DNA of 64,000 nt from an uncultured Saprospiraceae bacterium (GTDB lineage Bacteria > Bacteroidota > Bacteroidia > Chitinophagales > Saprospiraceae), in NCBI GenBank assembly GCA_937918905.1, contig CAKZSH010000028.1, forward strand, positions 59,139 through 123,138, read 5' to 3'. The notes below the pieces were generated by a model. It had not been told where the DNA came from. It saw only the letters and a list, made by a program, of their open reading frames with translations, and did no database searches. A program made the translations under genes and the position numbers. Below, piece after piece: positions 46,654-55,366 of the stretch. How positions within the stretch are numbered: the first letter of the stretch is position 1; each line of letters begins with the position of its first letter.

Positions 46654-47241
46654 TTATGCTCTAACTTTTTTCTTCTTTTTCTTTTCGGTAGGTGGAGGAA
46701 TTTCTTCCTCTTTTACGTTTATTTTCTTTCTGACTTTTTCCAATTCCATCAAGTCATTGATGAGTCGGTTTAAGTCTTTTGTTCGTATTTTCGTTTTCAT
46801 ATTCATCATCACAAAGCTATCTTCTTCAGAGACTAGGATTAATAAATTTTTCAATTTATCATTTTTACCTCTTCCCATGATATGGAAAGTTTTACCTTTT
46901 TCCCTAACAGAAATCAACTCTTCGTAATTACTTTTTTTTGCTCCTGCAACTAGTTTGTTATAATCTTCGGTAGTAACATGATTGTCATCTTCCATGACTA
47001 GTATTCGCATCGTCTTAAATTTCTTTGCAAACTTTAAAGCAATCTTTGCCTCAGGTTCATCTTTGTCAATAAACTCATTGGCAACACCTGTGGAGAACCA
47101 AATCAAAAACCCTGGAATCACTACATTTCTAGTATTCTCGTATTTTTTATATTTATGATAAAAATTTTTGATGACTCGATTTTGTGCTTGAGAACATAGT
47201 GGAAGGCTTATCAAAAATGTAAGGAGCAATATATTTTTCAT
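46654..47241 (-). CDS. DUF4252 protein (paralog 2) with Lys-rich tail
   Basis: FYHKYKKYENTRNVVIPGFLIWF... plus RILVMED, as in the paralogs. Confidence 0.7.
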   Translation of the reverse strand: MKNILLLTFLISLPLCSQAQNRVIKNFYHKYKKYENTRNVVIPGFLIWFSTGVANEFIDKDEPEAKIALKFAKKFKTMRILVMEDDNHVTTEDYNKLVAGAKKSNYEELISVREKGKTFHIMGRGKNDKLKNLLILVSEEDSFVMMNMKTKIRTKDLNRLINDLMELEKVRKKINVKEEEIPPPTEKKKKKKVRA

Positions 47242-47269
47242 ATGCTTAAAGGGTTTTTTGTTAGAGAAA

Positions 47270-47361
47270 AATTAAGATGAAAGATGGTAAGAATTAAGAT
47301 GTAAGATTCAAAAATTTAGAATGGTCTTATATCTTAACTCTTACCATTTTTCATTTTAATT
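47270..47361. repeat. Intercistronic hairpin with ~40-bp arms and ttaagat/ggtaaga words
   Basis: aattaagatgaaagatggtaagaattaagatgtaagattc pairs with gaatggtcttatatcttaactcttaccatttttcattttaatt. The right arm overlaps the stop codon at 47356. Confidence 0.8.
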
Positions 47362-47910
47362 CGAGCTCTTATCTACTTCTTTTTCTATAGTAGTGCCTAT
47401 CTTTTGTAGATGTTCAGCACCGCTCATTTCTATTTTATCAGCGAGTTGTGCGATTTTGTTCAGGTCAAGTCTTCCGAGGAAACTAACCATTACAAATTCA
47501 TCTTCACTACCTACCAAGAGAAATAATTCTTCGATGACGTTATTGGTTTCTTTGATCCAAAAGTTGACATTGTCACCTTTGTCTCTAACGGTAAGCAATA
47601 CTTCATAGCCATCGTTGACATTGATTAATTTTCGAGCTTCTTTGTAATATTGCTTAGGATTTTCTTCAGTAACCAGTACTCTTAAGCCTTTGATGTCTTT
47701 AGCAACATCCATGATGATTTGGGCTTCTTCATCTTTAAGTTCATCAATATCTATTTTGGAAATCATGTTGAACATTTTACCGCTAACGAAAACGACAGTA
47801 AAATTTTCATCATCTAAATATCGGTCAAAATAGGTAGAGATGGCGTCATTTTGAGCGTGGGCTGATATGCTTAGTAAGAGCACCACTATTATTGTATTTA
47901 AATATTTCAT
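47356..47910 (-). CDS. DUF4252 protein (paralog 1)
   Basis: YFDRYLDDENFTVVFVSGKMFNMISKI...LRVLVTE...FWIKE. Confidence 0.7.
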   Translation of the reverse strand: MKYLNTIIVVLLLSISAHAQNDAISTYFDRYLDDENFTVVFVSGKMFNMISKIDIDELKDEEAQIIMDVAKDIKGLRVLVTEENPKQYYKEARKLINVNDGYEVLLTVRDKGDNVNFWIKETNNVIEELFLLVGSEDEFVMVSFLGRLDLNKIAQLADKIEMSGAEHLQKIGTTIEKEVDKSSN

Positions 47911-48018
47911 TGTTTTAGAATTTTAATGTAATTGACTTGATGTAAAATCAAGTGGTGAAAAATGGTCTTGATAAAATATCATTGCTAGCAAAGGGTGTTT
48001 TGTTCGTATTTATTCTTT

Positions 48019-48534
48019 TTATTTAAACGTTCGTTTTTTGGCGGCTTTGATTTCAATTAAGCCTTTTGATGCTTTTGAAGTACCTTTTTTCATTTTTCCA
48101 GAGAGCAATAAAAGTGCTGCTTTGGTGGCTTCGTAGGCTTCTTTCTCATCGGTAATTTCATAGGGAGCAAATCGGTCATCAGTTTTTGCGACGGTATTGT
48201 TTTCAGTAGTTTTGTTGACTTGATTGAAAATAAAAATACTTCCTAACAATACAATTCCAACTGCTGCAATTGTTCTAATCGAACGAGCCCAATTCAAAGT
48301 CCTTACCTTAGCTTGAGGTTCATTCTTAATTTGCTCTAACAAACGTTTTTCAAAATCATCACTAATCATCACATCTTGTTCTTCTTTGAAAAACTGGAAC
48401 AATGGCTGAAACTGTTGGTGCTCAGGAGCGACCTTACCATTGTTAAAATATTGTTTGAGTTTTTCCTCCTCTTGGAGAGAAGTTTCGCCTTTCCAATATT
48501 TATCGAGTAGTTGAGTGATGTTATTAAATTCCAT
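48019..48534 (-). CDS. Putative anti-sigma factor (single-pass membrane protein)
   Basis: It overlaps the ECF sigma gene by 11 nt and has a central TM helix (IAAVGIVLLGSIFIF). The call rests on position. Confidence 0.55.
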   Translation of the reverse strand: MEFNNITQLLDKYWKGETSLQEEEKLKQYFNNGKVAPEHQQFQPLFQFFKEEQDVMISDDFEKRLLEQIKNEPQAKVRTLNWARSIRTIAAVGIVLLGSIFIFNQVNKTTENNTVAKTDDRFAPYEITDEKEAYEATKAALLLLSGKMKKGTSKASKGLIEIKAAKKRTFK

Positions 48535-49033
48535 AATTTTCTGAATTGATTAATTGACTTTTAATGTGTTTCCGTGCTCTAAAAAGATACACTTTGACTT
48601 GGCTCATTGGGATTTGTAATTGTTCCTCGATCTCCTTGTAACTCAACCCTTCGATGTCGCGCATATGCATGACTTCCTTTTGCTTATTTGGAAGTGCGTT
48701 GATCATATTTTTAATGCGTTGCATGGTGTCTTGTGATTCAGTTACTTGATGAGGTGTTCGCTGGTCGGAAGTGACATCAAATCCTTCAGGAATGATCCCC
48801 ATTTTATAATGTTTATTTCGAGTTTTGTCTATGGAAAGATTTTTTGTAATTCGAATACACCAAGCTTCAAGGTTGGAATATTCAGCAAGTTTATCTCTTT
48901 GTTTCCACAATTTAATCATCACTTCTTGAATTACATCTTCCGCCTCTGCTGGGTTGCCCACGATGCGTAATGCAAAGCGGTACAGCTTATTTTTAAGGGG
49001 CAGGACTTCCGATGTGAATTGTTTTATTTCCAT
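48524..49033 (-). CDS. ECF-type RNA polymerase sigma-70 factor
   Basis: Region 2 (AEDVIQEVMIKLW...LEAWCIRITKNLSIDKTR) and region 4 (RDIEGLSYKEIEEQLQIPMSQVKVYLFRARKHI). Confidence 0.9.
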   Translation of the reverse strand: MEIKQFTSEVLPLKNKLYRFALRIVGNPAEAEDVIQEVMIKLWKQRDKLAEYSNLEAWCIRITKNLSIDKTRNKHYKMGIIPEGFDVTSDQRTPHQVTESQDTMQRIKNMINALPNKQKEVMHMRDIEGLSYKEIEEQLQIPMSQVKVYLFRARKHIKSQLINSENYGI

Positions 49034-49046
49034 ATTACAAGGGGAA

Positions 49047-49072
49047 GACGAAGTGATTAAAAAAAATGTTAC
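49047..49072 (-). promoter_or_regulatory. Candidate ECF-type autoregulated promoter (AAC-N17-CGTC)
   Basis: The minus strand reads tgtAAC attttttttaatcactt CGTCt, ending 13 nt before the sigma ATG. Confidence 0.3.
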
Positions 49073-49145
49073 AGGAGGTTTTTAATTTTATATAAAAATA
49101 CTTATAAAAAGGCTGGAGTACTTGGTTTTATTAGGTTTTTTGTTT

Positions 49146-49580
49146 TTAAATATTTTCATCAAGGAGGAATTCGTCATAGGTTTTGATGACTTTATGGTGA
49201 TCTATTTTAAAATACCAAACTCCAATTAGCATCGAAATAAAAAATGTAATTCCTGAGAAATAGGATAAACCGATGATATAATGATTTATCCATCCAATGA
49301 TAAAGGAAGTGAAAAATGCTAAAAAACTGAGATCTATTTTTATGAGTTTTTTGCTTTGATTTCGGCTAATAATGGAATGGGCAATTATTATGAATAAAAA
49401 GTAGATTGGCAACAATGGAATGAGCAATGAAAGTCCATGTAAAAAAGGATTAACCAAATGAACTTCAAAATCTTCAATAAAAAATGGACCAATTAACCAA
49501 CTACAAAATAGCATCAAAAAACTCGAAACAGAAATGGCAAATGTCCAAACTCTTGAAGGGTAAACTGTGAGATTTTTCAT
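49146..49580 (-). CDS. 4-TM membrane protein, tandem paralog 3 (diverged tail YDEFLLDENI)
   Basis: Shares the N-terminal Y(P/S)x(R/K)VW motif and the WYFKI motif before the tail with the two upstream ORFs. Confidence 0.6.
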   Translation of the reverse strand: MKNLTVYPSRVWTFAISVSSFLMLFCSWLIGPFFIEDFEVHLVNPFLHGLSLLIPLLPIYFLFIIIAHSIISRNQSKKLIKIDLSFLAFFTSFIIGWINHYIIGLSYFSGITFFISMLIGVWYFKIDHHKVIKTYDEFLLDENI

Positions 49581-49601
49581 GGCTTTTAATTTTTATAACA
49601 A

Positions 49602-50063
49602 TCATTCTCCAAAATTAAAATCATCATCTAAAACATCTTCTCTAAATTTTGGTTTTTCAACAACCACTTCTTGAACGATTCTAAAACTCCAGATCGCTAT
49701 GGTAAAACATGCAGCATAAATCAAAACTAAATCATAGGTATCTAAATAAAAGAAATTCATATGTTTTTTGATTAAAGTTAATGGTAAGATTCCTAAGAGC
49801 AATCCCACTACATTGGCAATAGCTTTAGTGATTTTGATGTTTTGTTGCATCTTAAATAGATACTTATTAATCCCCGCAAAGACTGCACAAAAAGGAACAG
49901 AACATCCAAATGCAAATAGCATTGTAAATAAAATTTTAAATAATAGATTTACGATATTATGATTGATATAGGTTTGACTAAAAAAGTATGCAGTAGAAAA
50001 AATAGGGCCTGCTATTGCTGTAAATAACCAAACTTTTATACTGTATGGAAGGAAATTATTCAT
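49602..50063 (-). CDS. 4-TM membrane protein, tandem paralog 2 (tail VLDDDFNFGE)
   Basis: Contains YSIKVWLF, INKYLFK, IWSFRI and the LDDDFNF tail. Confidence 0.6.
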   Translation of the reverse strand: MNNFLPYSIKVWLFTAIAGPIFSTAYFFSQTYINHNIVNLLFKILFTMLFAFGCSVPFCAVFAGINKYLFKMQQNIKITKAIANVVGLLLGILPLTLIKKHMNFFYLDTYDLVLIYAACFTIAIWSFRIVQEVVVEKPKFREDVLDDDFNFGE

Positions 50064-50072
50064 TGTTACTTT

Positions 50073-50558
50073 TTATTTTTCAAAGTTAAAATCATCATCC
50101 AAGATATGGTTATGAGTTTTCTTTTTTAATATATTTTGATCTCTTTCTATTTTGAAAATCCATACTGCAGAAGAAATGACGACGACATACAACAAGACAA
50201 AATAGAATATATCATTATCAATATTGAAACTATTAAAATCAGGTATACCGAATTCAAGAAACAATAAAATAAAAATAGGAAATAGACCTAAAAATAATGC
50301 TTGTAAGTTTATCCCAATTTTTAATGAAACAGGATCAATGATTTTTGAGAAAAGATATTTGTTAAAAACTTGAAAAAATAGAAAAGGAATAAAGGAGGCT
50401 ATTCCTGCAACAACACAAAAAAAGAAATAATATGGGAGCCTTCTTATAAAAATAAAAATATCATCATAACTCGAAATATAAATTAGAATAATGAATGGTG
50501 GTAATAAGCAGGAGGTTAACCAAATTTTTAAACTATAAAAAGAGTAATTACTTTTCAT
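50073..50558 (-). CDS. 4-TM membrane protein, tandem paralog 1 (tail ILDDDFNFEK)
   Basis: Contains YSLKIWLT, FNKYLFS, VWIFKI and the LDDDFNF tail. Confidence 0.6.
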   Translation of the reverse strand: MKSNYSFYSLKIWLTSCLLPPFIILIYISSYDDIFIFIRRLPYYFFFCVVAGIASFIPFLFFQVFNKYLFSKIIDPVSLKIGINLQALFLGLFPIFILLFLEFGIPDFNSFNIDNDIFYFVLLYVVVISSAVWIFKIERDQNILKKKTHNHILDDDFNFEK

Positions 50559-50593
50559 GAACTTGTTATATTTAAAAACTGTCCTTTATCATT

Positions 50594-50631
50594 AAAAAAA
50601 AAATGTCCTTCCGTAAAACTACGAAAGGACA
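50594..50631 (-). terminator. Intrinsic terminator after the SRPBCC gene
   Basis: On the minus strand, tgtcctttcgta gttt tacggaaggaca is followed by T10. Confidence 0.75.
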
Positions 50632-50661
50632 TTTTTATTTTCACAAGAAATCTTAAATTAT

Positions 50662-51039
50662 CTATCCGCCAGTTTCTTGGCGTAGAATCTTCATTTGACT
50701 CTCCCATAATTGTTTGGTATCATCGACTTCATCTTCATCACAGTAATCTGTAATTTCCAAAATCGTTTCACCTGTAACAGGAGATTTGCTCATACGAAAT
50801 TCGAAGTATTCGCCTTCTTCAGCATCTTCCCATTGGAATCGAACACGTTCGTCTTCGATATCGTCAATGACCTTTGCCATCTCACCAGCTCCGCTCCAAA
50901 TAAAAGTATATTCCTCTCCAGTAATATCCACTTCATCACAAAACCATCGAATCAAGCAAGAAGGTGTAGTGAAAAATTTATAAAGGATAGTGGGGGAGGC
51001 TCTAAAAATAAATTCTAAATCAAGTGCGACTCTTTTCAT
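50662..51039 (-). CDS. SRPBCC/START-like (Aha1-type) small protein
   Basis: 125 aa. ASPTILYKFFTTPSCLIRWFCDEV... matches my recollection of START-like domain proteins in Bacteroidota. Confidence 0.5.
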   Translation of the reverse strand: MKRVALDLEFIFRASPTILYKFFTTPSCLIRWFCDEVDITGEEYTFIWSGAGEMAKVIDDIEDERVRFQWEDAEEGEYFEFRMSKSPVTGETILEITDYCDEDEVDDTKQLWESQMKILRQETGG

Positions 51040-51696
51040 TTTAAAGAGTTTAAAAAAGTAAAAAAATAGTGTATTCAGTAATCATACTGATATTGTAAAT
51101 GTATTACATAAATTTGTAATTTTTACCATATCAATGAGCGCAATAAATAATAAATAAATGGGATTTCCAAATATTAGTTAAAATTTTACCAAAGGAATAA
51201 TTATCAAATAAAAATTTCATTCGACAAAAAAAGACCCAAAAAAGATATTTTTAGAAATCAAAAATTAAAATATTATTCTTTTAATAATTTATAATCAAGA
51301 ATAATAATATGTAATTTGTTGACAATGTATTGATTAAAGTTGTTGAATTAATCTTATCAAAAAATAAATGTGGAAATAATAAAAATAAAAATAGGTTAGT
51401 GTTATTTTTACATAACCCTTGACAAATCAAGGAATTTCGTGTATTTTTGTGGATGTAATACGATATAATCAAAAAAATACCTCCCAATCGTAATGAAAGG
51501 TCTCAAAGCATTCAACTTATCTCATCTCAGCACCTGCACCTTAGTAATTATTTTTGAGAGAATATTTTCAACAAATTTTTTCCCATTTAACATCTTAATG
51601 ATCTTACCGAAAAATCGGAATTCTTAAACAAGTTTTTTAGAACTTATCAGTTTCTAAGAATAAACACTATTATCAACCAAACCATAAATTACTTGC

Positions 51697-52566
51697 ATGA
51701 GACAACTTAAGATTACCAAGTCAATTACTAATCGAGAAAGTCAATCATTAGAAAAATACCTCCAAGAGATAGGAAAGGTTGATCTTTTGACTCCAGAAGA
51801 AGAAGTTGATTTAGCACAGCGCATTAAGCAAGGCGATCAACAAGCTCTCGAAAAATTGACTAAAGCGAACCTCCGATTCGTTGTTTCTGTTGCAAAGCAA
51901 TATCAAAACCAAGGACTTTCATTAAGTGATTTAATTAATGAAGGAAATTTAGGTTTGATAAAAGCTGCTCAACGTTTTGACGAAACCCGTGGTTTCAAAT
52001 TTATCTCTTATGCAGTTTGGTGGATTAGACAATCCATCTTACAAGCTCTCGCAGAGCAATCCCGTATTGTACGGCTTCCACTCAATAAAGTTGGATCTTT
52101 AAATAAGATCAATAAAGCATTTTCAGAGTTGGAACAAGAGTACGAACGCGAACCTTCTGCTGATGAGTTAGCAGACCTTTTAGATATCCCGACCGAAGAA
52201 GTACAAACCACTCTTGGTGTAGCTGCACGTCACGTGAGCATGGACGCACCTTTTGTGGAAGGCGAAGATAACTCTTTGCTTGATGTCCTTGAAAATGGAG
52301 GTACTCCAGGCACCGATTCAAAATTAGAATACAAAGAATCTCTCCGTAGAGAAATTGAACGTTCATTAAGTACACTTACCGACCGTCAATGCGATGTAAT
52401 CAAATTGTATTTTGGAATTGGAGTAGAACATCCTATGTCATTAGAAGACATCGGCGAGAGATTTGGATTAACTCGTGAACGAGTTCGCCAAATTAAAGAC
52501 AAAGCTATCAATAAGTTAAGAAATACCTCTAGAAGTAAATTGTTGAAAAACTACCTCGGTGCATAA
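51697..52566 (+). CDS. rpoD: Primary RNA polymerase sigma factor (short Bacteroidota RpoD/SigA)
   Basis: Region 2 ([13 protein letters not shown]...[32 protein letters not shown]), region 3 and region 4 ([24 protein letters not shown]). Confidence 0.95.
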   Translation: MRQLKITKSITNRESQSLEKYLQEIGKVDLLTPEEEVDLAQRIKQGDQQALEKLTKANLRFVVSVAKQYQNQGLSLSDLINEGNLGLIKAAQRFDETRGFKFISYAVWWIRQSILQALAEQSRIVRLPLNKVGSLNKINKAFSELEQEYEREPSADELADLLDIPTEEVQTTLGVAARHVSMDAPFVEGEDNSLLDVLENGGTPGTDSKLEYKESLRREIERSLSTLTDRQCDVIKLYFGIGVEHPMSLEDIGERFGLTRERVRQIKDKAINKLRNTSRSKLLKNYLGA

Positions 52567-52607
52567 CCGATTACTTCTTTTTTAAAAATTATTGACGCAA
52601 ATTAGAA

Positions 52608-52641
52608 AAGCATCTCGAATTAGTTCGGGGTGCTTTTTTTT
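52608..52641 (+). terminator. Intrinsic terminator after rpoD
   Basis: aagcatctcgaa ttag ttcggggtgctt (with G-U pairs) followed by T8. Confidence 0.75.
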
Positions 52642-52767
52642 ATGCATATGCTATGCTTGACGGGTCGTATGAATAGTGAAACCGTTGAGCATTGGTTCCG
52701 TAAAACATCGAAGGCAGAGTCTAGGTAATATCATGGATAACTAGCGAAACGGCTGTCAAGCATAACC

Positions 52768-52795
52768 TTTGTCCAAGAAAAAATCCCTATTTTTG
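52768..52795 (+). promoter_or_regulatory. Candidate Bacteroidota promoter for gap (-33 TTTG, -7 TATTTTTG)
   Basis: TTTG lies at 52768-52771 and TAnnTTTG at 52788-52795, a 16-nt spacing. The ATG is 60 nt downstream. Confidence 0.45.
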
Positions 52796-52854
52796 CATTG
52801 AAAATTTAACCATTTATATATTATTTAACCATATAACTAAAAACTCATTTTGCC

Positions 52855-54330
52855 ATGAGCGACAAAAAAATGGCCTTGCGAAGTCAATCAGATACTTCGT
52901 TAAGCAAATGGCGTGAAAAAGAAAAAATCGCGCTAGAATTATTACAACTCGTAGGAGAACTTCGATTTGATCGTACCGTTGAATTATTACTTTTTCGACG
53001 AGATATTTACGATGCACGTCCAAGCGAAGTTTTAAATACCCATAAGTATTCTAAAAATTATACCGACCATGAAGTGACTGTAGAAACTACATTTGCAATC
53101 ACTAAAGCTATCGCAAATATTAAAAATATTGCCCCATCTCGAATTGACTTGGGAACGTTGGCTGCACAATGGTTGGAGACACAAGATCTGTACAGCAATA
53201 TCGAAGAATTTGTAGGAGATAAACTTACAGACTTTAGTCATGCTGAGCAGGATGGATTGGACTCTAAAGATATAGTACTTTATGGATTTGGTAGAATTGG
53301 TAGATTACTGGCAAGAAGAATTGTTTCGATGACTGCCAAGGGAGATCAATTGAGATTAAAGGCAATTGTGCTTCGTCCCAAATTAGCAGACCGTTATGAA
53401 GAGACTGTAAAACGTGCGGCCTTGATGGAAAAAGATACTGTTCATGGAAGCTTTAAAGGTAGAGTAGAAGTGAGTGACGATGGTTCTGAAATGATTATCA
53501 ATGGAAATCGTGTTCAAATGATTTACGCAAAGCAACCGAGTGATATCGATTATACTGAATTTGGAATTAAAGATGGTTTAGTGATTGACAATACTGGAGT
53601 GTGGAGAGATAAAGCTGGTTTAAGTGAACATTTGCGACCAGGAGTTTCGCAAGTAATGTTGACTGCACCAGGGAAAGATATTTCAAATATTGTTTACGGA
53701 GTCAATCATGAAGAATTGGATTTGATGAATGAAAAAGTGATGAGTGCAGCATCTTGTACTACCAATGCAATTGTACCTGTCATCAAAGTAATTGATTCCA
53801 ACCTTGGAATTGAAAAAGGACATATTGAAACGATACATGCTTATACGAGCGATCAAAATTTATTAGACAATTTTCATAAAAAACAAAGAAGGGGAAGAGG
53901 AGCTGCTACCAATATGGTTTTGACTTCGACAGGAGCAGCCAAGGCCGTTTCCAAAGTTTTTCCTCATCTTAAAGGAAAGTTGACAGGTAACGCAGTTCGG
54001 GTACCTACTCCAAATGTCTCTTTAGCAATAATGAATTTTACTTTAAAAAATCCTTCAGATGTAGCTTCCATTAATGCAATGGTCAAAGAAGCTGCCTTGA
54101 ATGGAAAATTGGTAGAGCAAATTGAATATTCTACTTCTACCGAATTTGTTTCAAGTCATGCAGTAAGTTCTATTGCAACTTCGGTTTTTGATGCTCCCTC
54201 AACTATTGTTTCGGAGGATGGAAAATCAGCTACTTTATATGCGTGGTATGATAATGAATATGGGTATAGTTGCCAAGTGATTCGATTAGCGAAACATGTA
54301 GCGAAGGTGCGAAGAAAGGTTTATTATTAA
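52855..54330 (+). CDS. gap: Glyceraldehyde-3-phosphate dehydrogenase, long form with ~135-aa N-terminal extension
   Basis: NAD-binding site LYGFGRIGR at about residue 143, catalytic SAASCTTNA, and WYDNEYGYS near the C-terminus. Confidence 0.9.
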   Translation: MSDKKMALRSQSDTSLSKWREKEKIALELLQLVGELRFDRTVELLLFRRDIYDARPSEVLNTHKYSKNYTDHEVTVETTFAITKAIANIKNIAPSRIDLGTLAAQWLETQDLYSNIEEFVGDKLTDFSHAEQDGLDSKDIVLYGFGRIGRLLARRIVSMTAKGDQLRLKAIVLRPKLADRYEETVKRAALMEKDTVHGSFKGRVEVSDDGSEMIINGNRVQMIYAKQPSDIDYTEFGIKDGLVIDNTGVWRDKAGLSEHLRPGVSQVMLTAPGKDISNIVYGVNHEELDLMNEKVMSAASCTTNAIVPVIKVIDSNLGIEKGHIETIHAYTSDQNLLDNFHKKQRRGRGAATNMVLTSTGAAKAVSKVFPHLKGKLTGNAVRVPTPNVSLAIMNFTLKNPSDVASINAMVKEAALNGKLVEQIEYSTSTEFVSSHAVSSIATSVFDAPSTIVSEDGKSATLYAWYDNEYGYSCQVIRLAKHVAKVRRKVYY

Positions 54331-54338
54331 ATTGAAAT

Positions 54339-54716
54339 GGTTATTAAGTTATTGGTTATTGAGTTATTTCGAATACTGTGAAAAGCAAGGTTATTCGAAA
54401 TAAGTTATTAACTGACGTTGCACAAAAATATATTGAGTATTGAACGCTGAGACGCTGAGACACGGAGTTTGTCGAATACTGTATTGAGGCCGCAGAGGAT
54501 TTTTATTAAAATAAAAATGAGCTGAGATGCAGAGATATTCAAATTGTTCTTGATAAAAGGCTTTGTGAACTTTGCTTATATTTTTCGCAGAAAAATACTC
54601 TGCGGCTTCAATACAGTATTCGACGAACTCCGTGTCTCAGCGTCTCAGCGTTCAATACTCAATATATTTTTTGCGAAACATGAGTTATTAACTCAATAAC
54701 CAATAACTCAATAACC
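54339..54716. repeat. Composite ~380-bp nested hairpin: outer gttattN-word arms, a local hairpin, and a ~75-80-bp near-perfect inner stem
   Basis: Outer arms: ggttattaagttattggttattgagtta pairs with taactcaataaccaataactcaataacc. Inner stem: 54416-54497 pairs with 54598-54679 and contains (gctgagac)x2. Local hairpin: ttatttcgaata...tattcgaaataa. Confidence 0.9.
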
Positions 54717-54819
54717 AAAATAAAATCATACAAGAGAACAATTGTATCCAACAAGAAATTTAACCTCTTAAAGATCCCATTGTTCTCTTTTTGTTTTTTA
54801 CCAACAATATATTTACAAA

Positions 54820-55365
54820 ATGGATGTAATTGAAAAAACCAAAAGTTGGATTGAAAAATTTGTAATAGGATTAAACCTTTGTCCTTTTGCAAATCATCCA
54901 TTTGTAAATAATCGTATTCGATACCGATTGGAAGAGACAAATGATTTAGAAAAATTAGTAGCTACGTTTATTGAGGAATTAGAATTTTTACAAAAAAAAT
55001 CAAATCATGAATTGGAGACGACCTTTATCATTCATCCCAATTTATTGAATGATTTTTTAGACTATAATGACTTTCAGGAAGTCATTAATGCGATCCTAGA
55101 AAAATACGATTTAGAAGGTGTTTTGCAAGTAGCCATGTTTCATCCTGACTTTCAATTTGCAGGTGAAGATTTGGATGCGCCTTCAAATTATGTGACTCGT
55201 TCTCCATTTCCCATGTTACATATTTTAAGAGAAGAAAGTGTGGAAAAAGCCATACATTCGCATTCCAATACCAATTTAATTCCAGAAGAAAATATTCAAA
55301 AAATGAATGATTTGGGATTGGAAGGAATTCAAAAAATGATTGGAGATTTAATAAAAAACTCATAA
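54820..55365 (+). CDS. DUF1415-family protein
   Basis: WIEKFVIGLNLCPFA near the N-terminus and FHPDFQFAG...YVTRSPFPMLHILRE match DUF1415 as I recall it. Confidence 0.7.
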   Translation: MDVIEKTKSWIEKFVIGLNLCPFANHPFVNNRIRYRLEETNDLEKLVATFIEELEFLQKKSNHELETTFIIHPNLLNDFLDYNDFQEVINAILEKYDLEGVLQVAMFHPDFQFAGEDLDAPSNYVTRSPFPMLHILREESVEKAIHSHSNTNLIPEENIQKMNDLGLEGIQKMIGDLIKNS

Positions 55366-55366
55366 G

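Noticed and set aside
51281-51487. ORF 51281-51487 (-) in the rpoD upstream region
   Set aside because: It is extremely AT-rich and low complexity, with no start context or motif. It is more likely non-coding promoter/leader DNA.
54659-54940. ORF 54659-54940 (-)
   Set aside because: It overlaps the arm of the 380-bp nested hairpin and the start of the DUF1415 gene on the other strand.
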